Shown piece by piece: positions 38,120 through 46,805 of a stretch of DNA of 64,000 bases. The DNA comes from Patescibacteria group bacterium. GTDB taxonomy: Bacteria > Patescibacteriota > Patescibacteriia > UBA10025 > JBIOWE01. The first letter of the stretch is position 1. Each line of letters opens with the position of its first letter. A model generated the notes under the pieces. The model was given only the letters and a program-made list of their open reading frames with translations. It did not search any database and had not been told where the DNA came from. The position numbers were made by a program, and so were the translations under genes. The stretch spans positions 269,860 to 333,859 of the forward strand of contig JBIOWE010000004.1 in assembly GCA_044868145.1 (NCBI GenBank), written 5' to 3'.

Positions 38120-38194
38120 GGGCGCATAGCTCAATGGTAGAGCAGCTGCCTCTTAAGCAGCGGGTTGGGGGTTCGAATCCCTCTGCGCTCACCA
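38120..38194 (+). tRNA. tRNA-Lys (anticodon CTT), CCA encoded
   Basis: Acceptor gggcgca/tgcgctc, anticodon arm gctgc-ctcttaa-gcagc, T-arm ggggg-ttcgaat-ccctc, then acca. Confidence 0.85.
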
Positions 38195-38211
38195 CTTAGA
38201 CATAAGTTCTA

Positions 38212-38300
38212 CGTTGCAGGTTCTCCCGCCTCGATGGCGGGATCCCGCTGCTCATCACGTCATGAGAAGATAAGGAAGCGGGAGAATCCTGCGCGGCTCA
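38212..38300 (+). ncRNA. Structured RNA element immediately 3' of tRNA-Lys. Identity unknown, and its 4.5S/SRP-RNA-like features are weak.
   Basis: Long-range helix ttctcccgc/gcgggagaa enclosing sub-hairpins (tcccgct/agcggga, ctcat/atgag). It shares GGTTCTCCCGC and AAGGAAGC strings with E. coli 4.5S RNA, but the apical domain IV GNRA-loop architecture is not evident. Confidence 0.25.
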
Positions 38301-38404
38301 AAAAAAGTTATGGGTTCGTAGCTCCCCGTACAATTCTCACTCCGTTCGAATTTACGGGGCAAGCAGTTGGTTAAAGCGGTATATTAATATCTGGCCACGC
38401 CAGT

Positions 38405-38478
38405 GGGCGGCTAGCTCAGTTGGTTAGAGCGTCACATTGACATTGTGAAGGTCACAAGTTCGAGTCTTGTGCCGCCCA
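38405..38478 (+). tRNA. tRNA-Val (anticodon GAC)
   Basis: Acceptor gggcggc/gccgccc, anticodon arm tcaca-ttgacat-tgtga, T-arm acaag-ttcgagt-cttgt. Confidence 0.85.
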
Positions 38479-38503
38479 CTGGCTTTGACAGGTACGTTAG
38501 CGA

Positions 38504-38572
38504 GGTCTGAGGCTTGTCCCGTAATCCGGCGAAGACGGATGTACGGGATTCGAATCCTCTCGGACCCACCAG
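38504..38572 (+). pseudogene. tRNA-like 3' fragment (palindromic T-loop-like ggattcgaatcc plus ...cggacccacca); not a complete tRNA
   Basis: No D-arm or anticodon arm can be folded and the T-stem is unpaired. It is followed by the terminator tcctctgttagcgaggag plus a T-run at 38578-38603. Confidence 0.35.
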
Positions 38573-38642
38573 AGAATTCCTCTGTTAGCGAGGAGTTTTT
38601 TGTTTGATAAATTCGCATATTTCCTCTATTGTTAAAGCAGAT

Positions 38643-40148
38643 ATGCAAGATTTTGTGCAAAAAATTCAGGCGATGATTTCCGGAGGCGCTTTTTCGTTTG
38701 TGCAAGAACTGACCAAGGAATTTCCGAGCGCTGAGGTCTTTCTCGTCGGCGGCGTGGTACGCGACGCGATCCTCGGCAGGGAATCGAAGGACTTTGATTT
38801 TGTCGTGCGTGGCGTGCCACTTGATGCGCTTCAGGAATTTTTGAGCAAACAGGGCCGCGTTGACCTGGTCGGTAAAACGTTTGGTGTGTTGAAATTTATG
38901 CCGAAGGATTGGCAGTTTGAACCGATTGACATCGCCTTACCACGCACCGAGCACGCGTTCCGGACGGGAGGGTACAAAGACGTGGACGTACAATTTGATC
39001 CGAATCTTGCAATTGAAAAAGATTTGAGCCGGCGTGATTTTACGATCAACGCACTCGCCTGGAACGTCAAAAGCGTCGCGCTGGTTGATCCATTTAACGG
39101 AATGGCGGACATACAGGCAAAGGTCATGCGCACCGTGGGCAACTCGGCTGAACGGTTCAAGGAAGATTACTCCCGCATGCTGCGCGCCATGCGTTTTGCT
39201 TGCGAACTCGGATTCGACATTGAAAAAGAAATATGGCAAGCGCTTGCGGAGCACATCTCGCATATCAATGATACAAAGGACGACGACTTCATCTTTCCAC
39301 GTGAAACGGTGGCGAAAGAATTGATCAAAGCATTCGTCAGTAATCCGTACCGAGCGTTTGAACTCTATGAACAGAGCAAGGCGTTTGACGTGCTGATGCC
39401 GGAACTTCTCAAAATGAAAGGATGTCCGCATCCGGAGAATTTTCATTCCGAAGGCGATGTGTGGACGCATACGAAGCTCTGCATGAAAAACCTCACGTCG
39501 GACGAATTCACAAAGCGGTTCAATAATGAGTCACCTTCAGCGGAGCTTGTATTTGCTGTGCTTTTCCACGATTCTGGCAAGCCGTATACGATTAAGACGC
39601 CTGAAGCCGACGGTGTGGAGCGCATCCAATATTACGACCATGACAATGTCGGCGGCGAGCTCATTATGCAAGTATGCCACCGTTTGAAGCTATCGAGCTT
39701 AGCGGCCGACGACCGCCGACTGCATGTTGATTGCGACCGGCTCGTGTGGCTCGTCAAAAAGCACATGCTGCCCTCGCACTCGGTTGCGGATGAAATGCGC
39801 GACACGACGGTGGAAAAGTACTTTTTTAACCGCTCGGTCCCGGGCGATGATTTGCTGAAACTCATTTGGGTGGATATGTCCGCCACGATTCCGAAAGATG
39901 CGCCTCCGGATTTTTCCAACCTGGAGAAACTCGAAGGCCGCGTCGAGAAATTGCGCAAGCTCGGCAAAACAAAAAAAGAATTGCCAAAAGACATTCTTTC
40001 CGGCACCGAGATTATGGAACGATTCAAGTTGACGCCGGGTCCAAAGATCGGCGCATTAAAAGAAGCGCTTCGCGAAGAGCAACTCGCCGGCCGCGTGCAG
40101 GACAAAGACCAGGCGTGGAAGTTTCTTGAAACCATTGCTAAGCAATGA
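38643..40148 (+). CDS. cca: CCA-adding tRNA nucleotidyltransferase with an HD domain
   Basis: FLVGGVVRDAILGRESKDFDFVV (GGxVRD) and an HD motif LFHDSGKP. The track start at 38604 is a TTG inside the terminator T-run. The ATG at 38643 (MQDFVQKIQ) is preferred. Confidence 0.85.
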   Translation: MQDFVQKIQAMISGGAFSFVQELTKEFPSAEVFLVGGVVRDAILGRESKDFDFVVRGVPLDALQEFLSKQGRVDLVGKTFGVLKFMPKDWQFEPIDIALPRTEHAFRTGGYKDVDVQFDPNLAIEKDLSRRDFTINALAWNVKSVALVDPFNGMADIQAKVMRTVGNSAERFKEDYSRMLRAMRFACELGFDIEKEIWQALAEHISHINDTKDDDFIFPRETVAKELIKAFVSNPYRAFELYEQSKAFDVLMPELLKMKGCPHPENFHSEGDVWTHTKLCMKNLTSDEFTKRFNNESPSAELVFAVLFHDSGKPYTIKTPEADGVERIQYYDHDNVGGELIMQVCHRLKLSSLAADDRRLHVDCDRLVWLVKKHMLPSHSVADEMRDTTVEKYFFNRSVPGDDLLKLIWVDMSATIPKDAPPDFSNLEKLEGRVEKLRKLGKTKKELPKDILSGTEIMERFKLTPGPKIGALKEALREEQLAGRVQDKDQAWKFLETIAKQ

Positions 40149-41122
40149 ATACACCTGAGCAGTTCCCGGTTGAGCAGGAAGACGAAGGCAAACGGCTGGA
40201 TAAATTCCTTGTCGCACGATTTTCGCATTTGACGCGATCAAAAATACAGAAAATCATCAAAGACGGTAACGTCGTCGTGAACGGCGTCATTGCCAGCGTG
40301 CATCGTTTTTTGAAGCGAGGCGATATGGTCCACGTTAAAGAGCAAGCAACGGCGCCTGCTGTGCCCAATGAAAAAGTTCAGCAAGCGGTAGCAAAGGGCT
40401 ACGAAGTGGTCGCGGAAACCGACGACTATGTCGTGATAAAAAAACCGGCTGGTTTGCTTGTCCACGCGGCGCCCGGGCACGAAGAAACGACGCTCGTTGA
40501 TTTGCTGCTGAAAAAGTATCCGTCGCTTGCGAACGTTGGTGATGATCCGACGCGGCCGGGGATTGTTCACCGACTTGACCGCGACGTGTCTGGCCTTCTG
40601 GTCGTAGCGAAAACGCAGGTCATATTCGACCATCTCAAGCAGCAGTTTCAGGGCCGCACCATCAAAAAAGAATACACCTGTCTCGTGTATGGCGGCCCGG
40701 CGAAAGACGAGGGCGATATTGAATTCCGCATAGCGCGCTCCAGTCGTGGCTTCAAAATGGCGGCTTTACCCCGCCAAGGGCGGGGCGAGCCCGACGACGT
40801 CGGCCGAGAAGCCAAAACGCACTTCGAGGTGCTTGAGCGATATTACCACTACACCCTTCTCAAGGTTGTTCCAGAAACCGGCCGTTCGCACCAAATTCGC
40901 GTGCATCTGCATGCATACGGCATTCCCATTCTCGGCGACCAAATGTATAAGCCGAGAAAGCTGAAAGAGCGCATCCGTCTCAACCGAATTTTTCTTGAGT
41001 CCACGGCCATTGGCTTTTCCGATCTCGCCGGCCAAATACAAGAATATCGCATCCCTCTATCCAAAGAGCTGCAAGATATTCTTACCGCATTAAAGAAACC
41101 GAAGCCAGTGTTGACAAAGTAG
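40145..41122 (+). CDS. rluD: RluA-family 23S rRNA pseudouridine synthase (RluD-like) with an S4 domain
   Basis: HRLDRDVSGLLVVAKT catalytic Asp motif. The N-terminal S4-like region is LTRSKIQKIIKDGNVVVNG. Confidence 0.85.
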   Translation: MNTPEQFPVEQEDEGKRLDKFLVARFSHLTRSKIQKIIKDGNVVVNGVIASVHRFLKRGDMVHVKEQATAPAVPNEKVQQAVAKGYEVVAETDDYVVIKKPAGLLVHAAPGHEETTLVDLLLKKYPSLANVGDDPTRPGIVHRLDRDVSGLLVVAKTQVIFDHLKQQFQGRTIKKEYTCLVYGGPAKDEGDIEFRIARSSRGFKMAALPRQGRGEPDDVGREAKTHFEVLERYYHYTLLKVVPETGRSHQIRVHLHAYGIPILGDQMYKPRKLKERIRLNRIFLESTAIGFSDLAGQIQEYRIPLSKELQDILTALKKPKPVLTK

Positions 41123-41272
41123 CCGAATCCTTTTAGTATACAGGGTACGGCTATTTTGAATTACGAGTAATTGATTGAAAAATTAAAGAATTGAGAATTA
41201 CGAATTTAAGATAAGAATTGACAAAGTTGGTCGTAATACGTAATTTTTAATCCTTTAATACTTAATTCTTTT

Positions 41273-41611
41273 ATGGACATTCTTCACAAAGTCAGTCATA
41301 CAAAACTCAAAGCCGATTTGCCGAATCTTGAGCCCGGCCAAACCGTTCGCGTCCATCAAAAAGTGAAAGAAGGTGAAAAAGAACGTATTCAGATTTTTGA
41401 AGGTATCTTAATCGCACGTCAAGGCGGAAAAGGCATGAATGGCAGTTTTACCGTTCGGAAAATTTCCGAGGGCATTGGCGTTGAACGTATTTTCCCGCTT
41501 CAAACGCCCACGATCGCGAAGGTGGAAGTCGTCAAAAAAGCCAAAGTACGGCGCGCGAAATTATATTACCTCCGCAATTATCAGAAGAAGCTGAAAGACG
41601 CTTCGGCGTAA
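41273..41611 (+). CDS. rplS: 50S ribosomal protein L19
   Basis: [32 protein letters not shown]...[21 protein letters not shown]. Confidence 0.9.
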   Translation: [112 protein letters not shown]

Positions 41612-41619
41612 GACCGCGA

Positions 41620-41706
41620 GCGGACGTGGCGGAACTGGTATACGCGCAGGCTTGAGGTGCCTGTGGCCGCAAGGCCTTGGAGGTTCAACTCCTCTCGTCC
41701 GCACCA
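41620..41706 (+). tRNA. tRNA-Leu (anticodon GAG), class II with a long variable arm, CCA encoded
   Basis: Acceptor gcggacg/cgtccgc, anticodon arm caggc-ttgaggt-gcctg, variable arm ggcc-gcaa-ggcc, T-arm ggagg-ttcaact-cctct, then acca. Confidence 0.85.
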
Positions 41707-41810
41707 GTAGTAACTTGTACCGCTTGGGCATTATTGATATTCTGCACAGAGTCCTAGGGAAATTAATTTCATTACTGTTTTATGAATTTAATAGAAAAAA
41801 TACTCAAAAA

Positions 41811-42263
41811 ATGAGTGCACCGGATGCCCAGCAATCATCAGGTCGGTCAGACGTTCGACCTCGTTTGGCCATCATCGTTATCGTTGTATGGCTGCTTGTA
41901 CAAATGTCTCGCATCATGGCTTTCCATATAGTGCAAGACGTACACGCAGGCATTGACTCGCCCGCGTGGCTCTTCCCCGCACTCATGGATATATTCCTCG
42001 GGATCACAGCGCCATTCGTGGCATTTGCTCTCTGGCGGAAAACCGGACTAGCGGTCTGGACGGGCGCAATCGTCTGGCTTACCCTTTCCATCTCGGATCA
42101 TATTGACGGGTTTACGGCTGCCCTCACGGTACCGCTTGCGCATAGCATCTCCGCTAACAACTCTTCTCCATTCTCCACAATAGTTCTCGTTCTGGCCGCA
42201 TTGGACGTGGTGGCTGTGGTATTGCTGATGCGCAGGAAAATGAAGTCGTATTACTTGAGTTAG
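41811..42263 (+). CDS. Hypothetical membrane protein (about 4 TM)
   Basis: The track ORF starts at 41652 but overlaps tRNA-Leu. The ATG at 41811 (MSAPDAQQ...) follows an AT-rich promoter-like region. Confidence 0.5.
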   Translation: MSAPDAQQSSGRSDVRPRLAIIVIVVWLLVQMSRIMAFHIVQDVHAGIDSPAWLFPALMDIFLGITAPFVAFALWRKTGLAVWTGAIVWLTLSISDHIDGFTAALTVPLAHSISANNSSPFSTIVLVLAALDVVAVVLLMRRKMKSYYLS

Positions 42264-42403
42264 GGCCTGTCAGCAAATTAATTTTACATTTGGCCGGAAG
42301 GATTTTATTTCAGGGCGAGGCGGCATCATTTGTCGAGAGTTCGTTCAAAAGAAAGTTCGCGCGAAGTGTATAATTACAGCACCAATATTCATTAAATACA
42401 CCC

Positions 42404-42835
42404 ATGCCAAAAGCAGAAGGATCAATAGTTATCAATCGGCCACTTGAGCAAGTGTTCATGTTTGTTGCAAAAGGAGAGAATAATGCTCAATGGCGACCGA
42501 GCGTCATGGATTGTAAGCTCAGTTCGGGCAGAGCGAATACCGTCGGGGCAGTCTATGAACAGGGCATGCAAGGGCCAGGTGGTCGTCGAATCCCCGCGGA
42601 CTACGAAATTACAAAGTTGGAACCGCACAAGCTGATCGGATTTAAAGTTATTGCCGGCCCGGCACGGCCAGAAGGTTTGTATACGTTTGAGCAGGTACAA
42701 GGCGGCACAAAGATTCATTTTTCCTTGTCGTGGCAGCCGAAGGGTTTAGCCATATTCTTGGCTCCAATGGTTGGCCGGCAAATGCCAAAAGAAATTGAAA
42801 CGCTCTCGAACCTGAAAGCTGTACTAGAAAAATAA
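42404..42835 (+). CDS. SRPBCC (START/Bet v1/polyketide-cyclase-like) domain protein
   Basis: 143 aa. The layout is consistent with the SRPBCC ligand-binding fold. A TTCAAA-N19-TATAAT promoter-like sequence lies upstream. Confidence 0.6.
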   Translation: MPKAEGSIVINRPLEQVFMFVAKGENNAQWRPSVMDCKLSSGRANTVGAVYEQGMQGPGGRRIPADYEITKLEPHKLIGFKVIAGPARPEGLYTFEQVQGGTKIHFSLSWQPKGLAIFLAPMVGRQMPKEIETLSNLKAVLEK

Positions 42836-42839
42836 GCAA

Positions 42840-44306
42840 TTGGGAAGTATGAGAGAAGCAGCAATAGATACATCTTCTGGCATTTCAGTAATTATTCCGG
42901 CACGCAACGAAGAGGCGTACTTGGGCCAGTGCATCCAATCGATGCTTAAGCAAACCGTCCCCCCGCTTGAGATTATTGTTGTTGATAACGGCAGCTCGGA
43001 TAAAACGGCCGAGGTTGCGCGCCGTTTTCCGGTCCGACTCTTCGACGAACCACGCATCGGCTTGCCACGCGCGCGCGAGACAGGCAGGCGAATGGCACAC
43101 GGCGAGATTCTTGTTTTTATTGATGCTGATGTTATCGTGCCTCCAACGTATATAGCAACCATTGCTCACTATTTTCAGGCGCACCCCAACATAGCCGCCC
43201 TCAGTAATCCATTTCGGTTTTACGATGGAAAGCGGATCCAGAGGATTGCTGTAAGCATTTTTTTCAGATTCATCGAGCCTGTCCATCAAGCTATATTGCG
43301 GCTGTGTGGGCTCCCCACCGCCCTTTTTGGCGGAAGCTTTGCCGTTCGTTGCGACGTACTGGAGCGATCCGGAGGCTTTGACCTCCGTACAACGTTTTAT
43401 GGCGAGGATGTACTGACAACGAAGCGCGTCGCCAAGCACGGGAAGATTACATTTTTAAGAAATTTGTATACAGAAACATCCGCTCGACGCTACGTGCGTG
43501 AAGGAAATATTCGTGCCGCTCTCGTTTACTCCAAGCATTATTTCGCCATTTTGCTCTTTGGACGTGTACTTACCCATTCAATACGCAAACGTGTTTGGCG
43601 TTTTACTCTTGCCGGGTGTGCGCTTGTTTTTTTACTCTACGCAGTGGCGTACCCGAGCGCAGAGGTTTTTGGTAGGGTGATTTATCGACTCCCGGTGTCA
43701 AAAACCGATAAAGTTGTTGCGCTGACATTCGACGATGGGCCCAATGGTTCTTCGACAGAGGAAGTGTTGCATATTTTACAGTCGAATGGCGTGCCCGCAA
43801 CGTTTTTTCTTGTTGGAGACAATGTGGAAGCGTACCCAGACGTGGCGCGTGACATCGTACGATCGGGGTATGCTATTGGCAATCATAGCGATACCCATCG
43901 CTGGCTCTTGCCCATTGAAACGAATCACTTTATTGAACAAGATGTGTCTCGCGGAGAAGATGCAATAGCGGCAGCCACAGGGGTGCGCCCCGCACTCTTT
44001 CGTCCGCCCCATGGATTTCGGTCACCGTGGATGCTGGGCTCGCTCCACGAAGAAGGATATAGAGTTATTACGTGGAATGATATGACAACAGATTATTCGG
44101 CACATACATCCACAAAAAGAATCGTCTCTCGCATCTTGAAGCGAGTCCGCCCTGGCTCGATCATTGTTATGCATGACGGACTCAATCTTACACACAACGC
44201 GAATCGAAACTATACTTTAGAGGCGTTGAGGATAATTATACCGGAACTCAAAGCCCGGGGTTATTCTTTTGTGACACTTAATCAATATTATCCCAACCAA
44301 CTGTAG
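42840..44306 (+). CDS. Bifunctional family-2 glycosyltransferase / NodB-type polysaccharide deacetylase fusion
   Basis: N-terminus ISVIIPARNEEAYLGQCIQSMLKQTVPPLEIIVVDNGSSD (GT2 DxD region), central TM helices, C-terminus VALTFDDGPNGSSTEEVL...TFFLVGDNV...NHSDTH (NodB homology motifs). Confidence 0.8.
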   Translation: MGSMREAAIDTSSGISVIIPARNEEAYLGQCIQSMLKQTVPPLEIIVVDNGSSDKTAEVARRFPVRLFDEPRIGLPRARETGRRMAHGEILVFIDADVIVPPTYIATIAHYFQAHPNIAALSNPFRFYDGKRIQRIAVSIFFRFIEPVHQAILRLCGLPTALFGGSFAVRCDVLERSGGFDLRTTFYGEDVLTTKRVAKHGKITFLRNLYTETSARRYVREGNIRAALVYSKHYFAILLFGRVLTHSIRKRVWRFTLAGCALVFLLYAVAYPSAEVFGRVIYRLPVSKTDKVVALTFDDGPNGSSTEEVLHILQSNGVPATFFLVGDNVEAYPDVARDIVRSGYAIGNHSDTHRWLLPIETNHFIEQDVSRGEDAIAAATGVRPALFRPPHGFRSPWMLGSLHEEGYRVITWNDMTTDYSAHTSTKRIVSRILKRVRPGSIIVMHDGLNLTHNANRNYTLEALRIIIPELKARGYSFVTLNQYYPNQL

Positions 44307-44507
44307 GAGTGGTAGACTGTTACGTTGCGGCACTTTTTTCGTTCACGAGCACGGACGTGTTGAAAAACTCGGTTACTTCGGCTACCATACATAAGCAGAC
44401 TGCTGATCTGTGGCACCTGCCTTTGTCAAAAGGCTTCGGCGGGGTGGCCGCAAGCCCGTGTCCCGCCACGGCGCGTCCGTACCAAAACTAATCATTAGCG
44501 TTGGAAT

Positions 44508-44945
44508 ATGTCGTTTGAAATAATCCTGCTCATTCTCCACGTTTTTGGCGCCGGTTTAATTATCGGTATTAGTATTCTCGCGCTCGCTTCAGTGATCAAG
44601 CCGCCCTTAACCGCAAAGAATCTGGATCGCCTTGGTTTTATTGGGAGGTTCGGGATGTGGGCTTCCACTTGGCAGTTCATCACTGGTGCTCTCTTGTACG
44701 CCCGAGAGCCATCTGAATTTAACCACAACGTTTGGTTCTGGATAAAAATCGGTTTGTATGTTCTCGAGGGAACGCTTTCGTCCATGGTGATTGGCCGTCA
44801 GGTAAAACGGGTGAGCGCTGCAATTGCGCAAAATCAACCGCCGCTTTCCAGAGGTCTTGCAGCCACTGCGCTTACTGTAGCGCTGTCCGTTCTGCTTATG
44901 GCAAGCATCGGCGTTGTCCTGGTCAGTAGCCACGGGGGCACATAG
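44508..44945 (+). CDS. Small hypothetical membrane protein (about 4 TM)
   Basis: 145 aa hydrophobic ORF. Confidence 0.5.
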   Translation: MSFEIILLILHVFGAGLIIGISILALASVIKPPLTAKNLDRLGFIGRFGMWASTWQFITGALLYAREPSEFNHNVWFWIKIGLYVLEGTLSSMVIGRQVKRVSAAIAQNQPPLSRGLAATALTVALSVLLMASIGVVLVSSHGGT

Positions 44946-45027
44946 CCCCGACTTTTTTTGGGCGCTTAGCTTCCGCCTTACCTCCTCACTGCGTTCGGAG
45001 CTACGGCGGACAAGCAGTTGGAAGATG

Positions 45028-45102
45028 GGGCAACTAGCTCAGCGGTAGAGCATACGGTTTACATCCGTAGGGTCGGGGGTTCGAATCCCTCGTTGCCCAC
45101 CA
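45028..45102 (+). tRNA. tRNA-Val (anticodon TAC), CCA encoded
   Basis: Acceptor gggcaac/gttgccc, anticodon arm tacgg-tttacat-ccgta, T-arm ggggg-ttcgaat-ccctc, then acca. Confidence 0.85.
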
Positions 45103-45196
45103 CCGAGAAAAGTGCGTCTGGGGTTCCTTGCCCGCCGATCCTGAACTCGGTGAAGGTATAGGTGGGGAGTCCCTAAGCGCCCACGATTCAAACCTT

Positions 45197-45445
45197 ATGA
45201 AGTACGTCGTTGGAATTATCGCGGTTGGCATCGGCTTCCTCGTCGTTTGGAAAGCCGATTGGTTCGTGAATAACCTGGGACACATCGCGTGGGCCGAAGA
45301 ACACCTTGGCTCCGAAGGCGGCACCCGGCTTTTTTACAAACTCATCGGCATCGGCATTATTATTTTGGCATTTCTCCTGATGACCGGCGGTCTCTTTGGC
45401 ATTTTGTCATCTATTTTAAAGCCGTCTGGACCAGCGTTAGAATAA
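45197..45445 (+). CDS. Small membrane protein (2 TM)
   Basis: The track ORF from 45128 overlaps the tRNA-Val 3' end. The internal ATG (MKYVVGIIAVGIG) is preferred. Confidence 0.45.
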   Translation: MKYVVGIIAVGIGFLVVWKADWFVNNLGHIAWAEEHLGSEGGTRLFYKLIGIGIIILAFLLMTGGLFGILSSILKPSGPALE

Positions 45446-45531
45446 AGACGGGCCTATAGCATAGTAGTAGTCGCCTACTCGGCGACCTGCCGACGAGGCA
45501 GGAGCACTGCATTTGTCCACCCACCTTTTTC

Positions 45532-45603
45532 GGGCCAGTAGTTCAGTGGTAGAACGCCGCATTTGCAATGCGGAGGTCAGGGGTTCGACTCCCCTCTGGT
45601 CCA
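45532..45603 (+). tRNA. tRNA-Ala (anticodon TGC) with G3:U70
   Basis: Acceptor gggccag/ctggtcc (G3:U70), anticodon arm ccgca-tttgcaa-tgcgg, T-arm agggg-ttcgact-cccct. Confidence 0.85.
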
Positions 45604-45700
45604 AAAAGGTGGGCGGACAGGGGTCGGGAGTTCGAATCTCCCACGGTCCATAAGCGGCTGTCGGGACAATGCGGAGGTCAGGGGTTCTGGGCCACCACCT
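45604..45700 (+). pseudogene. Cluster of tRNA-Ala-derived fragments (3' halves)
   Basis: aaaggtgggcggacaggggtc-gggag-ttcgaat-ctccc-acggtcca matches the variable arm, T-arm and 3' acceptor of tRNA-Ala(CGC). It is followed by caatgcggaggtcaggggttctgggcca, a degenerate copy of the tRNA-Ala(TGC) anticodon-to-T-arm region. Confidence 0.55.
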
Positions 45701-45780
45701 GGGAATGACCGAGGTCTTTTTAGGTTATTTAGGAGTGCTATACTGAAACTAGTCAGATATTATATTATGAACTTCACTCT

Positions 45781-46233
45781 ATGAGCACCATCAAGAAGAC
45801 CGCTAAGCCGCCCAAGGTATTCTCGGACTTTGAATTGTCCGCGATGCGCGAACGCGGCAACGAGCTCCGCGCGGAAGCACGAGCGAAAAAGAACAAAGCC
45901 GAAGGAGAACGTATCGCCTTAGCGAGAATTGCCCAGATGAAAGGACTTGACCAGGCGATGGCCAAGCGGATTCATGCTATCATCAAAGTCAACGCACCCA
46001 GCCTCTGGCCCAAAACGTGGTACGGTATGCCCGCATACGCCAACAAGGATGGCAAGGTCGTCTGTTTTTTTCAGGACGCGAAGAAATTCAAGGCCAGATA
46101 CGCGACGCTGGGTTTTAGCGACACGGCCAACCTCGACGAAGGCAATATGTGGCCGACCTCCTTCGCGCTCAAGAGGTTGACCGCCGCCGAAGAGAAAAAG
46201 ATCGCCGCGCTCGTGAAAAAAGCGGTGAGTTGA
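45781..46233 (+). CDS. Hypothetical protein, possibly DUF1801/YdhG-like
   Basis: 150 aa. The assignment rests on weak pattern similarity only. Confidence 0.45.
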   Translation: MSTIKKTAKPPKVFSDFELSAMRERGNELRAEARAKKNKAEGERIALARIAQMKGLDQAMAKRIHAIIKVNAPSLWPKTWYGMPAYANKDGKVVCFFQDAKKFKARYATLGFSDTANLDEGNMWPTSFALKRLTAAEEKKIAALVKKAVS

Positions 46234-46430
46234 GTACCCCGTATAAGAAAATAAAAAACCCCATCCATTTGGACGGGGCTTAATTCGGCATGTAAGGTCG
46301 GAGCAGTAGTATCCGCTCCGAGCTCAATTGGGTTTCTCTTATTTTTGGCTCGTACATTGTTCTGAATAGGCAGTTTTCTATTCAGAGATTCCCATAGGGG
46401 AGGAAATGACTTCGATTACTTCTTGGGTTT

Positions 46431-46616
46431 CTATTTTTGCTTCTCTGCGTTATTCCACCCATCTTGGTATTCTTCCTCGTGACCACTCGGGGGATTATAG
46501 GTCGGGTGGAAAAACTCAGTTATTGGGTTTATGTTGGCCTGACCACCGCTTTTCGCGTAGTCCTGCTCACCCTTGTTGTGCGCATCCTGTGAAGGATTGT
46601 TTTTAGACATGACCAT
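46431..46616 (-). CDS. Small hydrophilic protein (61 aa), possibly stress-protein-like
   Basis: Strong SD aaagaggagg 8 nt before the ATG, and a Gly/Gln/Asn-rich sequence. Confidence 0.45.
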   Translation of the reverse strand: MVMSKNNPSQDAHNKGEQDYAKSGGQANINPITEFFHPTYNPPSGHEEEYQDGWNNAEKQK

Positions 46617-46805
46617 TACCTCCTCTTTGACGGTTTTTATTGTTTTGAGTTGTAAAGAACTGCCCTTATTTTATGCCGTCTAAGGCATGCGCTCATGTTT
46701 TGATGCTTACTCGCCGAATCTGGCATCAGTATAATCAAAAGGACCATGAAGTCAAGTTGGGTGTGTTTTTACACAAAACCCCGGCCAGTTTGTAGTCGAG
46801 GTTTT

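Noticed and set aside
38212-38300. Confident call of SRP (4.5S) RNA
   Set aside because: Only short string matches to E. coli 4.5S RNA. The conserved domain IV apical tetraloop and asymmetric loops are not evident, so it is downgraded to an unknown structured element.
38504-38572. A tRNA after tRNA-Val (palindromic T-loop-like ggattcgaatcc and a ...cggacccacca end)
   Set aside because: The T-stem partners are not complementary and no cloverleaf can be built. Kept only as a low-confidence tRNA-like fragment.
38165-38705. Track ORFs 38165..38374(+) and 38424..38705(-)
   Set aside because: They lie across tRNA-Lys, the structured element and tRNA-Val. There is no RBS and no protein-like composition.
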